Below are positions 49,917 to 62,715 of a stretch of DNA of 64,000 bases, piece after piece. The notes beneath the pieces are model-generated. The model had not been told where the DNA came from, did no database searches, and saw only the letters and a program-made list of their open reading frames with translations. Source of the DNA: Azolla caroliniana (taxonomy: Eukaryota; Plantae; Polypodiophyta); assembly GCA_043228905.1 (NCBI GenBank), contig JBHGNT010000008.1, positions 22,072,001-22,136,000 of the forward strand, in the 5' to 3' direction. A program made the translations under genes and the position numbers. Numbering within the stretch: the first letter of the stretch is position 1; the number at the start of each line of letters is the position of its first letter.

Positions 49917-50359
49917 GCGAGCAAGCTCAACCGGATCCAGATCGGTTGAATAAGCCAGAGCCGGATCGGTATCCGGAATAGAGAACCGGATCGATGTCTG
50001 GATGATATTCGGAACCAGGAGACGGACCGGAGAGCCAGATTCGAGTGTGAACCGGAAGCCTAGTAGTAGCCTAGACTACTAGGTAATCATTGTCTCGTAG
50101 TTACTGTCAGTCGCTCGTATGATCATTGAAGTACATAGTACTTATGTCAGTCATTTTGAGGATTTGTATAAATATTGTTGTTTAGCACGTTGTACATACA
50201 GAGAGTTTTTAGAGTGTTATTTTGAATTGAGTTTATGTTCTGTTCTCTCTCTCTCTCTTGCGTACACGTACTCTTTGTGTGTGTTGAGCTTTCCTTTCAG
50301 CTTCTGTTGCTATCCGGCTGAGCTGGTTTGTCAAATGCTTCTGCACATTTACTTTGACA
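49911..50359 (+). repeat. 3' LTR of the copia element
   Basis: Follows the PPT, ends TTTGACA, followed by TSD GATTG. Confidence 0.95.
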
Positions 50360-51274
50360 GATTGGTTAGGCAACGCTTGTTAATAAGCAAAAAAAAGTCC
50401 TATAGACAAAGAAGGTCGTTTGGCCTAGAACTTGATCGCTAGGATTTGAGCCTAAGTTGGTGCTTCGTCTTTGGATTCAACGCTTAAAGACAAAAAGGAG
50501 GCCTATAGGTGGGGAGGACAAACTTTTAAGTGCAAGATTAAATGCTTGACCATAAGAATGAGATTGTAATTGTGGATATGTGTTTGGATTTACATATATT
50601 AAAATCTCTATTATTGTTAAAGATTGTCGAGTGTAATAGTAAGCAAGTGTAAATATGACGTAGAATATACGTATACTTTATAAATTTTAGAGTGAATGAG
50701 TGTATAAATATATTTATATATTAATTCGGAAAAGAGAGTAAGTCTATGTATGTATTTGAGTATCAAATGGTATTATGTGTTCGTAAGTATTGAAGGGGTA
50801 TTTAGGAAAAATAGTTTGTGAAATGTGTGGGTAGGTTTGTCTTATGTGAAATGTATTAAGGGAATTGCATATGTTTCTATTTCGGATGATTAGATACACA
50901 TCCCATTATTGTAATCAATTGTGTCATGGGTCAAATTTGGTCTTTCATCCTCTTCGTAGTACTTGATTCACTATTCTCATTCTCATTATGGTCTCCTTCA
51001 CTCGACACGACATCTAGTGTTAAAAAAGGATCGACTATTAGAAATTTCTTGAATATCTTTACCCACTTATGGACGATCAAAACATGAAACAATGTCCCAT
51101 CCAATTCATTTAGTAGATTTCATTATCATTGGTGTCTCAAGCTTTGTATGGTCTAAATCACAGACAAGTATATTGTTAGTGAGAGTGGGATTCCAAGTCT
51201 TATGAAAAAGTCATGCACTTTGCAAGCGCCAATCGGTTGGCATTCTTAGAAAATCAATAATCAATTTGAAGCAA

Positions 51275-51954
51275 TGTCATGACGCAATTGCGTCACGATA
51301 TAAAAACAAACTCAAATATTATATCAAATGACATTTGTGAGCCTTGAACCCATAAACTTATACATCAAGTAAGTACAAACCATTAGGATAAACTATTCTA
51401 TATAGGTATGTGTTGATCATTATAATTATGTCTTAGGTCAATTTTCATACACGGAAACTCAGATGAGCAGGATGGCTATCATGCATCACATGTTGATGTA
51501 ACGCATGTGCGCCAAATGGTGATCATACATCTCATGCATTTGAGCACCCTCACATACATCATATGCATATGAGCACCTATATAAAGAGAGAGAAGGGAAG
51601 CATGTAGACATTGATCAAGGAATCAACTAATCAATCAAATAAGATAATCAATCAAATAAATAATAAATCAAGATTGCTCATCTAGGAGGTGTTTCATTTT
51701 TTAACATTGAAGTCAAGGGTTCGCGTTGGAGTTTGGCAGAGACAAAGTATCATCTTTGTGATCGAGCATTGTAACTTTAGCAAAAATCTTATATCCTCAA
51801 TATAATAAAGCTTGTTTTTATCATATACTCTTGCTTCTTTAATAATACAATATCTCTATCTCTTGTGCATGATCAACTCTCTTGCTTTGCATTACGAACA
51901 CTCTTCGTACAAAACCCCGATGGTTTGACACATTGAGCCATGAACTTTATGATA
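51275..51954 (+). mobile_element. Putative degenerate solo LTR (TGTCATGAC-type start)
   Basis: Starts TGTCATGAC like the LTR at 1066, TATA box CTATATAAAG near 51577, AATAAA near 51804. Right end and TSD uncertain. Confidence 0.4.
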
Positions 51955-54180
51955 GCGTATAGTCAACGAGAAAGATAGATAAAGCTTGTCTCTTTGTCCA
52001 TCGACACTTGCCCATCTACACTTCTCTTTGCCCATCGACACTTCTCTTTGCCCATCAACCCTTCTCTTTAATGACCTAGTTTGACCCATCCAAACCACCA
52101 TAACCCTCTCCTATTGTTCTAAGGTACTCACAATAGGTACATTGATTTTTCTTGGCCTCCTTTCACCTCCAGAAATAACCTTCACTTATAAAAACACTCC
52201 ACATTTCTCTCTTTGCATTCTTTGTCTCAAATTGCGAGCTATCTTATTTGTCCACCCATATATGTTTCTCGATCTCAAGAATTTCACCTTCCTATTCTTC
52301 TTCTTGTGAGTCATATTCCCTCATGTACCGTGCACTCAATTGCAAATCCATTACATCTTGGTTGTGGCCCAATATGTGTCAAACATCTAGGTTGAGGGAT
52401 TTAATATATTCAATTCATCAAAGCGCCACTACCTTCAATATCGAGCACCTTGATACCATCTTGAGAATAGGGATTACTCTAGTTCCAATTAGATAATCTT
52501 GTCCTTGATGACAATCAAAATTTCCTATAACTCCCTCTTGACATGTGGATAACCTCTTCATCTTTTGTTAAGGAAATTAACCTTCAATTGGTTCGGATAT
52601 TGAACCCCGTCCACACCCAATTGGTTGATAACCCATCTGCTTTTTCTCATAACTTGTTTTCGACCATAACGGAGAAAACAATTTGAATTATAATATGATT
52701 GCTCTATAGCTCGAATATTGGTTAACGCCTTCTTAAGCTTCAAAATAACACACATATGGTCTCCTACCCATAAGAATGTGTGCCCTTTCCTTAGTAAGTT
52801 ACATGGATCGTCAATGTGTGCATAATGTGGAATCTAAATGTAATACAATGCACATGTCCCATAATAATTTTCTTCCTTTCGACAATGTCTCACATTCCCT
52901 CTTCATCTTTGGGATTGTAAATTTCCACGGTATTGGTGGAGTTTTATCTTTATGCCTATATCCTTGGGGGAGGGGATCCGAACCACCATGTACCTTATTG
53001 ATGACAAGTCAAGTGAGAGTGGTTGTTAATTTCTCTTGAGCCACTAACTATGTTTACCCTAATGCAGTGAACTCATTCACCTCTCTCATACATAAATAAT
53101 TTAACTAAGAGATTAACTAATGCATCCAAAAGACTTTTGTGTTAGATACCAAAACAACGATATTAACCACACCTCTATTAAATAAATCACCACAATACAT
53201 ACAAAAGAAAAATCATTGAGTTTCACTAAATAACACTTTGAATTTAATCACCTCCTTCACAAGTATGAGAGAGGGAAATACGATGGCACATGCGATGCTA
53301 AGTAGAGAGGGGAGAATGGCATTGTGCGGCTTATCAATGACAACAGGGTACCTACAACTTGTGCACAGAATAAAAAACTTGGAGATTTTTGGTTTGGATG
53401 TTGCTTGCCCCCATTACTATATGGTATATATGGACAACAAGATGTACTAGGGTATTTTCAGCACACAAATGCCCCCTTGCAAAATCAATTAAGCTAACCT
53501 GGCACACACTAATAACTACATTAAGAGCTCAATATGAGCAGATTGATGGTACTAATGATGTTGCAAAACTAATGAGGCTGAATTTTCGAAAGCGATGGTG
53601 TACTACACTGATGACCACAACAAATGGAATGGATATACTATGGAAGTATGAAGTACCCAAATGGTTGTTCCCCTCTCCCATTAGATGAACGAGGGGTGTG
53701 AAAGACATGGCATGTGGGATAGTGAATGTAGGTGATGTGCATGAAAGGATGGCTAGAGCCATATGTGAAAGTGTGAAATAAATAAGCAAGATCTCTTGTG
53801 TAGGATAGGATAATCTTGGCTCGGCCTTCCCGAGAAAGGGATTGAGTTTTATGTATATTTTAACTAAAGGAGTATATTCTTTTTTGGAAAAAAAAAGTAC
53901 GAGAGAGAGAGAGAGCTTAGATCATAAGAGGAGAGAACCTACACAAGTTCAAGAAGAAGAGCTTAGAAAAGGTCGCAACTTTGACTTTTATAGCTCACTT
54001 ACAAAAAGGTTGTCCACTATCACATTGGGGCAGCCACTTAGCCTAAAGTTCTAAGCCAATTTTGTTCTATCCCCTTTTTTGTTGTTCTTGCACATGGTTT
54101 AGTACCAATGTTGATGCCAATATCTTCATGGATCCTGTTATGTATGACATGTACTTAACAAGCACATAGTGTGAACTATC

Positions 54181-54704
54181 TGTTGATCTGTCGACAACCA
54201 CAATAGGTCGAACGTCGACTCCGAGCTTGGGCAAGACGATTGTGGTAAGGAATTAGATTGTTCGATACTAGTCCTATGCTCAAAGACTAATACACAAAGA
54301 AGAACTATTATGGTTAATATGCACTGATGATTGACTATTTGTTGTAATATAATTAGGTAGCAGATACTGTATTCGAATGTTCGACACAACAGATATACTA
54401 AACTACTAACCTATTACTCAAAATAGAACAATAACATTACAATGCTCTCGGTCATTTTTTATAGGTGATTCGAGAGTCTCTCTTCCAAGATTACACTTGC
54501 CTTCTTCGGCAAGAACTACCACAAAACTATTCTAATTAACTTACTACATATATTTTTTACTTGGTAAAATTATATTAATTCTATTTGATTTTGTCCTTGA
54601 TCTTCCGACTCCTGTGCACATTGTCAACTTCAACTCCAACTCCAACTCTCTTTCACACTTGTCCAACTCCGACCTTTCGGCACTGGATAGCCGATTGGCT
54701 AACA
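54181..54704 (-). mobile_element. Solo LTR (524 bp)
   Basis: TGTTG...TAACA ends, flanks CTATC/ATATC (4/5 TSD), TATA-like motif on the minus strand near 54460. Confidence 0.6.
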
Positions 54705-57104
54705 ATATCCCTTTTGATTCTTGGAATGAAGTTGTTGTTTAGATTGCAAGTGAATGTATATTGAACGAAGAACCGTTGTGCACATGTGCTTCTACATGCA
54801 ACATAATGTAACAACGTGAAATGTTGAAAATGTTCACACTTAGATAAGAAACTAGATGACAACAAGGTATATGCATACTTCTAATTAAAGAGTGACACAT
54901 AACATCACTAGTACCCCCCTTCTTGTAACAAGGTTTTTACGTTAAACTAAGGAAAATGAAAAGTTAAATTAAAGAGAACTTAAGCAAATTGAGGCCGAGG
55001 AGAGGTAGGGAGCACTTGGGAATTTTGTGGGGGTCTTTGTTTCCAATTAAATTTTATTATCAATCATAAGATTCAAAACAAAGAGCTCTTGGCCATTGAG
55101 GATTCATTTGTTCATTGGCACCACCTCTTGGAATTTTGTCCCCTTTTATATTGTCTACAATGATCATAAGAACCAAACATATTTCCAACCGCTGATGAGC
55201 CAACGATAAGCTCCTTTGGTGTAGTTTCTTACGTTTTTTTTCCCAAAAAAGAATATCCTTCCATTAGATAAGAAAACCAAGTTTGCTACAACATACAAAG
55301 TATGTGGAAAGAAAGCCAAGATACTTCCTAAAGCCCTCTTGTAAAATTCAATGGGCAACCATAGATCTTGTAGTTTCTTACGTTTCATGGTTCTATGCTT
55401 GTGTATCACCTAGGAAGACAACAAAGAAAAGTAAATGCTCCATTTTAATGTTCTCATATTGCATCCCATTTGGGATGATGTTATCAATTTATTGAAACCA
55501 AATATTACCACCTTATTGAAGTCTATTGCCTACCAATTTCTCATCAACTCTATCTAATCTCTTAATTTTTTACCAACTCCTACAATTTTCCCACTTTGCT
55601 TGTTTTCAACAATCTCTTGTTCAAGAATCCCAATGGTTCCACCCATGCATAAAGCTCAAGTGTTGTCCTTGATGATATGATTGACCAACATGCCATGAGA
55701 AACTATAGACTTAGTCAAGTTTAAAGCTCAAGTGTGCTTCAAGGCATTTGTCAAGGCAAAGGGAAAATGGGACATTTGACCATTAGAAATGTTGAAAAGC
55801 ATGAATGTTTTTCTAAGAAAACTTGCATGAGTGAAGAAATGTATGGTTCAAATATCATTATTACTACAATGAACACTCTACATTCCATGACCAACATGGT
55901 CTTCTCTTGGACTTCTAGAATCATTTGTATATGGTTTTAACTACTACGACTATCCAACAAGTGATAGATTTCATACTTGACAATGGTGTCTTGTACATTG
56001 TTTGTGATGGGAACGGAAAAGCATCACAAAATGGTTGTCCCCTTCATCTTTTGAATGTCAACACAAACCTGAAGTTTTTTGCTCCTTTTTTATGGGGAAC
56101 ATGAAGTAGATGTAGAGACATTTTTCCATGTCCTCCTTAATGATGGCTACTTACTTTGAGTTCTTCATATATCGATGTTGTTGCACCAACATTGAGTCTT
56201 TGTGTACTCATACTCGAAAATATTATTCAGTAAGTTGTGTGACAAATTCCAACGATTGGAGAAATTGAAGACCAAGGTCACATGCCCCACCACCTTGTTT
56301 TTCCACAAGGTGGTGTGACCTTTTACACCAATAGATGTACCCATGTAAAGAATGATTGGATGATGACGAGCCTTCATGCCATCATAAGATTGTTGTGTGT
56401 TAGAATGTCTCAAAAACATGTTGTAATTAGAGCCCCTATAACAAAAATGAATGCTTTTAGGAGACCAACACCAAAAACATGGGAAAACCCACTATGTAGA
56501 GATATTGTTAACATTATACCCTAAGAGCATGGCTAGGCAAGTTTGTGTATGTAATAAGATAAGTGGGCTAGTTGTACACAAGATTGTTATACTATCTTAG
56601 AATATTACATAAAAGGCACTTTCATGACCCATTTATTATTACAAACATTTACAGAATTACATACATTGTTGCCTTCCATTAATGGCATAACATGTAGGAC
56701 CACATGTGGCCATCATGTCTCAAGTTTTGCCTTGTCATTAATAATAATGAAAAATAATGGGAAATACCATGCCCCATTGAATATCTAAATTCTTTTTACT
56801 TGCAATTGTTTTCTTGTCTTTGGCCTCATAGAGCTCTTTGGTTTTCTCATTCTTCCCCTCTTGCAACTTCCTACTTTATGTTTTGGTTTATTGAGGACTT
56901 TAGATTGCCATAATTAGTTATGTGTTCCATGGTTGCATGCTACAATCACCACGATGAGGAACACATTCAAGATATCTACCTTGATGAACATATGTTCTTG
57001 TGTTCAAGTCAAGCCTTTATTGAGCGAATAGACCTTACAAAAAAAATTGACACCAAAACAAAATGTCAATGAAGTTAGTGCACTTGAATCCACTTCAAAG
57101 GATG

Positions 57105-57266
57105 CAAGAAAAGGAAGCAAAATGTTATTCAAGGGATACAAGAAGAGGAATTAAAGAATGCACTCTCCTTGCCAAATAACTAAATGAAAGCAAGAAAAGG
57201 AAGCAAAATGCTATTATTCGAGGGATACAAGAAGAGGAATTCAAGAATGCACTCTCCTTGCCAAAA
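57105..57266. repeat. Tandem duplication, 2 copies of ~85 nt
   Basis: GCAAGAAAAGGAAGCAAAATG...GGGATACAAGAAGAGGAATT.AAGAATGCACTCTCCTTGCCAAA twice. Confidence 0.85.
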
Positions 57267-57540
57267 AACAACAAGAAATTCTTGACATTATGATATACTG
57301 GTAACATGTTGAAAAGATTCATGTTGAGCTATCGTTTGCATAATTTTTGGTGATAGGAAAAGAGTTATCATTTTAAATAGTAGAAAGATGTACCTAAAAG
57401 GTACAAATTTCTTTGTAATAGAAGATCGAGCTCCAAAGGAGCAAGAACAAAGAAGGAAAGCCTCTATAATTAGGAAAGGAACTCAAAATGCATAGCAAGT
57501 CATGACCAATGGGATTGGCTCAAGTTCGATGATCATGTTC

Positions 57541-58290
57541 TAGAATTGTAGAGGATATCCATGGAATAAAAGCTTAGGATTAGGTGATCTAATCGAAGGT
57601 GTAGATATTATATTTTTGGTTAAAACTTGGGAACATATAAAATAACCACACATACACCTAATATTGATGGGTAAATGTACCTACTTACATTAAGTAGAAA
57701 GTACGAGAGGATATGTACGTAGTCTCATATTCTTGAACTCGATTGGGAGGTGATTCCCCGATTTATATCTAAGCCACCTTGTATTGTCTTTTTGTAAAAA
57801 TCTCTCCTAGCTAATGGGAAAGTAGTTCCTTTTTTGGGGGAAAAAAAATTGATGGGTAAATATGAAAATGTATATGGCCCCAAACTAAGAAATCTCGAGC
57901 AAGTAGGAGTGGCAAGTATTTACCATCAAGGCTTTGAAAACTACATGCGAGTACCTAAGTATGACGAATTTAAAAGATATATGTGGGTTGAAGTAATATT
58001 ACGAAAAAATAAACTTTATTTGACATGTTGTACATTCCTCATATAAAGTCTAACTAATATAATTTGTATGAGCTAGATCATGATGATCCTTCTTTTGATG
58101 TGTGCTGACATTCTTGCATTTGAGAAAATTGGAAAAGTGTTGTTTGTGGGATATTTTAATACTAGAGTTGTAACTTATCAAAATGCGGCAATTGATGACA
58201 GTGTAATGGTGTCATATTTTACTCGTGACTCAAAAGATTATATTATGTCAGAATATGGTAGGCTCTCGTTGTTGCAAATAAGTGTGTGCA
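57541..58290 (+). mobile_element. Degenerate LINE apurinic-type endonuclease (ORF2 N-terminus) relic
   Basis: Fragments (W>*)NCRGYPW, VDIIFLVKTWEH, VGVASIY, YMWVEV and VLFVGYFNTRV match the EN motifs WNxRG, DIxxLxETW and GDFNAR in the expected order. Confidence 0.65.
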
Positions 58291-59879
58291 TGTGAATGTT
58301 AAGTCGGACCGTGGGGAACCGCAACCAAGGATTATGGCTTTGATGAGAATGTTTTCGATGATGAGTTGTAGGATATGATATTTGTTATGGCACACAACAA
58401 ACCTTGTTTTGTTCAACAAAATTTTGCTTTGGTTTACTATGCTTGAGTGCTATTATATAAATAAGGGAGAGTATCCAAGATAGGTGTATGTGTGCTCATA
58501 ATTTTCCTGTATATGTGATTATTTATTTTTATGTGTATAAGGTATATGTGTGAGTGTATACATGTAATTTTAGGGATTGTGTAAGTGCACGTGTCTTTTC
58601 CACGAAGGTAACTTCGAGTAAACTTTCCTCCTCAATCACCAATGATGTTGCCCATTGAAAGGGTGCTGGAATTTTTGAAAACTAGCGGTGTGGGTCCAAT
58701 CCTGCTGCTCTTCAAGTTTTTGCAGTAGATTTTTCTTCGGAAATCGAATTTCGAGCCTTTTTTTTTTTCAAATTCCTAGTCGGAACAACTCGGCAATGGA
58801 GCACCGATCATTTGGAAGTGCAATTTTGAATCCCACCTCACACCAAATGGAGACAATTTTATGCATAATTTCTCACTTGGTTCTTATATTTTCGAAAATT
58901 ATGTCACCATTATCATTTAGCCCAGTTTGCTAAGAACACAATTTACAATACTGCCCTTTTTTAGTTTGATGCGTAAGAGGGATAGTGTTCAAAGGGGATA
59001 TAAGTAACTTTTCTTTCTTCTTTTATTTCAGTGGGCCCTAGGCTAAGCCCTGAGCCTAGAGTCGTGAGGAGGTTTTGTGATGTACGGTATAGTCTACTAA
59101 AGTCTAGCGAAAAAGCATCAGACAAAACATCAACCAACAAATTTATCACCTTTCTTGGTGCAAGATTGCTCATTGTGCCGTTGTGTAGGTGTCATCCATG
59201 AAGTAATTCCTTCACAGAGATCTACATGATAGAACTCAAGTTCTATTGTGGGGGTTTCCCATGAAGGAACCCTTTCATGTAGTTTGTTCCCTATTGTGTA
59301 GAGAAGCTCATAGGACTAAGGATGTCTTGAGTTCCCAATGGGAAATTTCCCCTTTGAGAGAAAAAATCTACAGGATGGTTAATGTCCTATGATGTGGACA
59401 CATGATGGTTGGGCACTTCTAGAGTTTGAGCATCATCATGATGGAAGGCACATATTTTGCGAAATTCACTCGACAAGTTCTAGTATGAATTATAATTTCT
59501 TGTTCTCAACGAAACTTAAGTTGTAAACTTGAATAAGAATTTTTATTGTTTTAACTTGTAGCAACTTTTTTTATAAATTGAGTGCCGGGTGATGTGTGAT
59601 TCCCTCGGGATTAAACGAAAAGAATGACTTTATAGGTTCCACTAGGACACAAGCTTGCTCTTCTCAAGGAGAGATGTACCAAGCTATGCACTCATAGATT
59701 TATTCTTAAGAGCACTTTAGGCCCATGGATGCCAAGTGGCCCATTATGCCTACACAAGAGTACGTATCATGCTACATCATGAAAATGTACGTGTTTAAAG
59801 TCTAAACAAAGTTAAAATTGAGACAACTCAAGGGAAAAAGAAAATATAATTTGTGAACACACCAATGAAGAGATGGAAC

Positions 59880-61210
59880 AATATGTAGATAAGCTTTTAC
59901 TGCATGACTGGATAATGTTTATGACATTATGTATGGAAACACTATATACATAATGCATATGGGTCTATTGAAGATGTTAATAAAGGGTCAAAAGACTTGT
60001 CTAATGGCAAAACAACATAACAAATTTAATAATAGGTAGCCCTTGAAATGAGAAGATCACAAACTCATATATGGATAACAACTATCACGAACAAACCTAC
60101 AAGAAAGGTTTCCCAAAAGATTGGGCCATGAATTGGATAAAACCAATCCATAAAGGAGAAGATAAAAAAAAATTGTATCCAACTATCAATATGCCATAGT
60201 ATCTCAATTATGGTCAAATTATATTGCACCATAATGAAACAAAAGATTAGCTCTTGAGCCAAAAATCATATAAACGGTCACTTGGCCAAGTAGACTTTAA
60301 ACCAAACAATATTCCATTGTCGATCATTTGGTTACACTTCAAGGGGAATCTATATATATTTATGAACTTCTAGAAATCCTTTAACATTATCCCAAGGAGT
60401 GCTTAGAAAAGAATGGTAGATATCAGAATGCCATTAATATATAGAGTAGATGTAACAAGATAACTTTAAACCAAACAATATTCCACTATCAATTATTTGG
60501 CTAAATTTCAAGGGAAAATTATATATATTTTTGAACTTGAAGAGAGCCATTAACATTAACCCAAGGAGTGTTTAGAAAAGAATGGTAGAGATTGCAACAC
60601 CATTAAAATATAGAGCAGATGTAGCAAGATGAAATGTTTATTTGCTTCCATAAGGCCAAATTTAACCTCTTCATGGACAATATTAATTCCATACGCAATG
60701 ACTTCATTGTAGATTAATTCACGCAATATATCTTGAATCATATTATTTCAATTGTGCTTCTTGCCCAAGGTCTAAGGTTCTCATAAAGATTATAATCATT
60801 CAATTGGCATGACAATTTGCTTTCTCAAACTAATCTACTATGTGTCCTTGATGGTCATTCTCGACTTTGAAACATACAACACTTCCATGTCATGTGAATG
60901 ACTAAACATTTTGGAGACGACAAGACTTTGGAATTAGTTTCTCGAAGCTATTGGTAATTGCAACTTCGTAACTATGTTGAGGACTACATAAACTGCAATT
61001 GCATGTTGGTCAAATTGCTATAGATATCCACCATATAGATAACTCCAACCAGGCTTACTGATTGCTAATGATACACGGAATTCTATCTCTTAGGACTTTA
61101 TTACTAGTCTTCCACCCTTCAAAGGTTTTGGTGTCATTGTCGCTATAGTGGATTGGTTCACTAAGATGACATATTTCTTTCCATGCACAAAGACTATCAA
61201 TAAACAAGAG
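59880..61210 (+). mobile_element. Degenerate Ty3/gypsy relic (RT and integrase fragments)
   Basis: Integrase fragment SIS*DFITSLPPS/GFGVIVAIVDWFTKMTYFFPCTKTINKQE at about 61080-61210. RT-like YPLP-type remnants lie within the 60294-60630 duplication. Left boundary approximate. Confidence 0.6.
60294..60630. repeat. Tandem duplication, 2 copies of ~169 nt
   Basis: ACTTTAAACCAAACAATATTCCA...CCCAAGGAGTG.TTAGAAAAGAATGGTAGA...AGATGTA.CAAGAT at 60294 and 60463. Confidence 0.85.
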
Positions 61211-61631
61211 TTTTGGCATTGGTGATAAAGGCATAAGAGATCTCATTTTCCACCACCGACAATATTCACTCAACTCCCACCAATGCCAAAACTCAAGTCA
61301 AGCTGGAATTGGTTAGACCAATAACACTATGGACTCTTTGGAAACGACGTTGTGCCAATGTTGTAGGCCAGTCTTCTCCAATCAAGCCGTGCACTAGGCA
61401 TCGGTATTGTAGGAGATATGAAGTGAAGTTATAGCCGTGCACTAGGCATCAATACGATGGCATCGCGGGTGGATCTGATGGAGCTGAAAGACAACAATTA
61501 GCCTTCATCCAACAATGGTCGTCCTCTCCCTTGAGTCAATGGCCTCCACATAAGATGGAATTATCAAGTCCATTTTGGGATTTGTATATATCATTCTCAA
61601 ATGTAAAATTTTATAACTAATGGAAAAAAAA
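61208..61631 (+). mobile_element. 5'-truncated LINE 3' end with inverted 5' segment and A-tail
   Basis: LVRPITLWTLWKRRC (L1-like ORF2 C-terminal WxxWKxR motif), A8 tail at 61624-61631, 17-bp inverted repeat 61208-61224 / 61278-61294. Confidence 0.7.
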
Positions 61632-62143
61632 CATGCATTACAACTTGTGAAACTCGTCATCAAAGGAAGTGGATAGTGTCATGAACATCTATGCAAAATA
61701 CCATATATATATAATGTGTGTGTGTACATATATCACAATCATCATGAAAGGGTAATAAGAAGCCTTGAACCTACAGGCTATGACCCCTTTTATATATATA
61801 TAAGCTTTAATCAATAGACTTAACATTTTACATATCTTATACATAACATTACGAGATGGTACCACCTCACACATGCTAATGCATTATCACTAATTGGCAT
61901 TCTTTCATGAATTCCAAGAGGTGAGCATGCATGGTGGCAAGCATGCATGGGTCCTACCATGCTATATTAAAGTAGGTGCTTTAACTGTTATTGATGAACC
62001 ATTCTAGTTCAACATTAGTCTTTAGCATAATCTTGTAACAGTTCGTCTTGTTAATATAATTATACTCTCTTCTATCATTTTATCATATTCTCAACTGCAA
62101 CCCTAGCAAACAACCCAATAGTTTGTTAGTGAGGGCGAATAGA

Positions 62144-62615
62144 GCCAACTTGGAACTATGGCCTTATTATGAAAAAACCAAGTGGGTTATTGGTCGGTTG
62201 GTGGGTTAAGTCATCATTTGGACATGCAACTCCTTTTATTGCTATGTGTTGAGCAATTCCTTGTGGTCACCGAGCGATCTCGACCCATTTCCATGCTAAT
62301 TCCATGAGTTTCACTTTTTACCTATATCTCGTCAAACCTCTCTATCCACATAGACAATGGCTACCAAACTTGCTCATTAGCCTACTTAGAACTATGGCCT
62401 TATTATGAAAAAACCAAGTGGGTTATTGGTCGGTTGGTGGGTTAAATCATCATTTGGACATGCAACTTCTTTTATTGCTATGTGTTGAGCAACTCCGTGC
62501 GGTCACCAAGCGATCTCGATCCATTTCCATGCTAATTCCATGAATTTCACTTTTTACCTATATCTCGTCAAGCCTCTCTATCCACATAGACAATGTCTAC
62601 CAAACTTGCTCATTA
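62144..62615. repeat. Recent tandem duplication, 2 x 236 nt
   Basis: 62144-62379 and 62380-62615 are colinear with only scattered substitutions. Confidence 0.92.
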
Positions 62616-62715
62616 TAACTCTAGTTCAAGGATCGCTCTATCTACATAAGGGGTAGGAGGGTTGTAAGGACATCTTCAAGTGGCATCCTTCTTGACAACT
62701 ATAGTTGTAGAATAC

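Larger units (their letters stand above)
43581..50359 (+). mobile_element. Full-length, inactivated Ty1/copia LTR retrotransposon
   Basis: LTRs 43581-44028 and 49911-50359 (TGTTG...TGACA), 5-bp TSD GATTG on both sides, PBS TGGTATAAGAGC 44029-44040, PPT 49899-49910. Domain order gag, protease (WYVDSGASNHM), GAG-pre-integrase, integrase (LIHSDVWGP, CLRSDGGKEY), RT (CKWVYKVK, LKKSLYGLKQAPRAW, MKDLG), RNase H (DADW, STEAEY, KHIEVHYHFVRE, ADIFTKPL). Confidence 0.97.
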
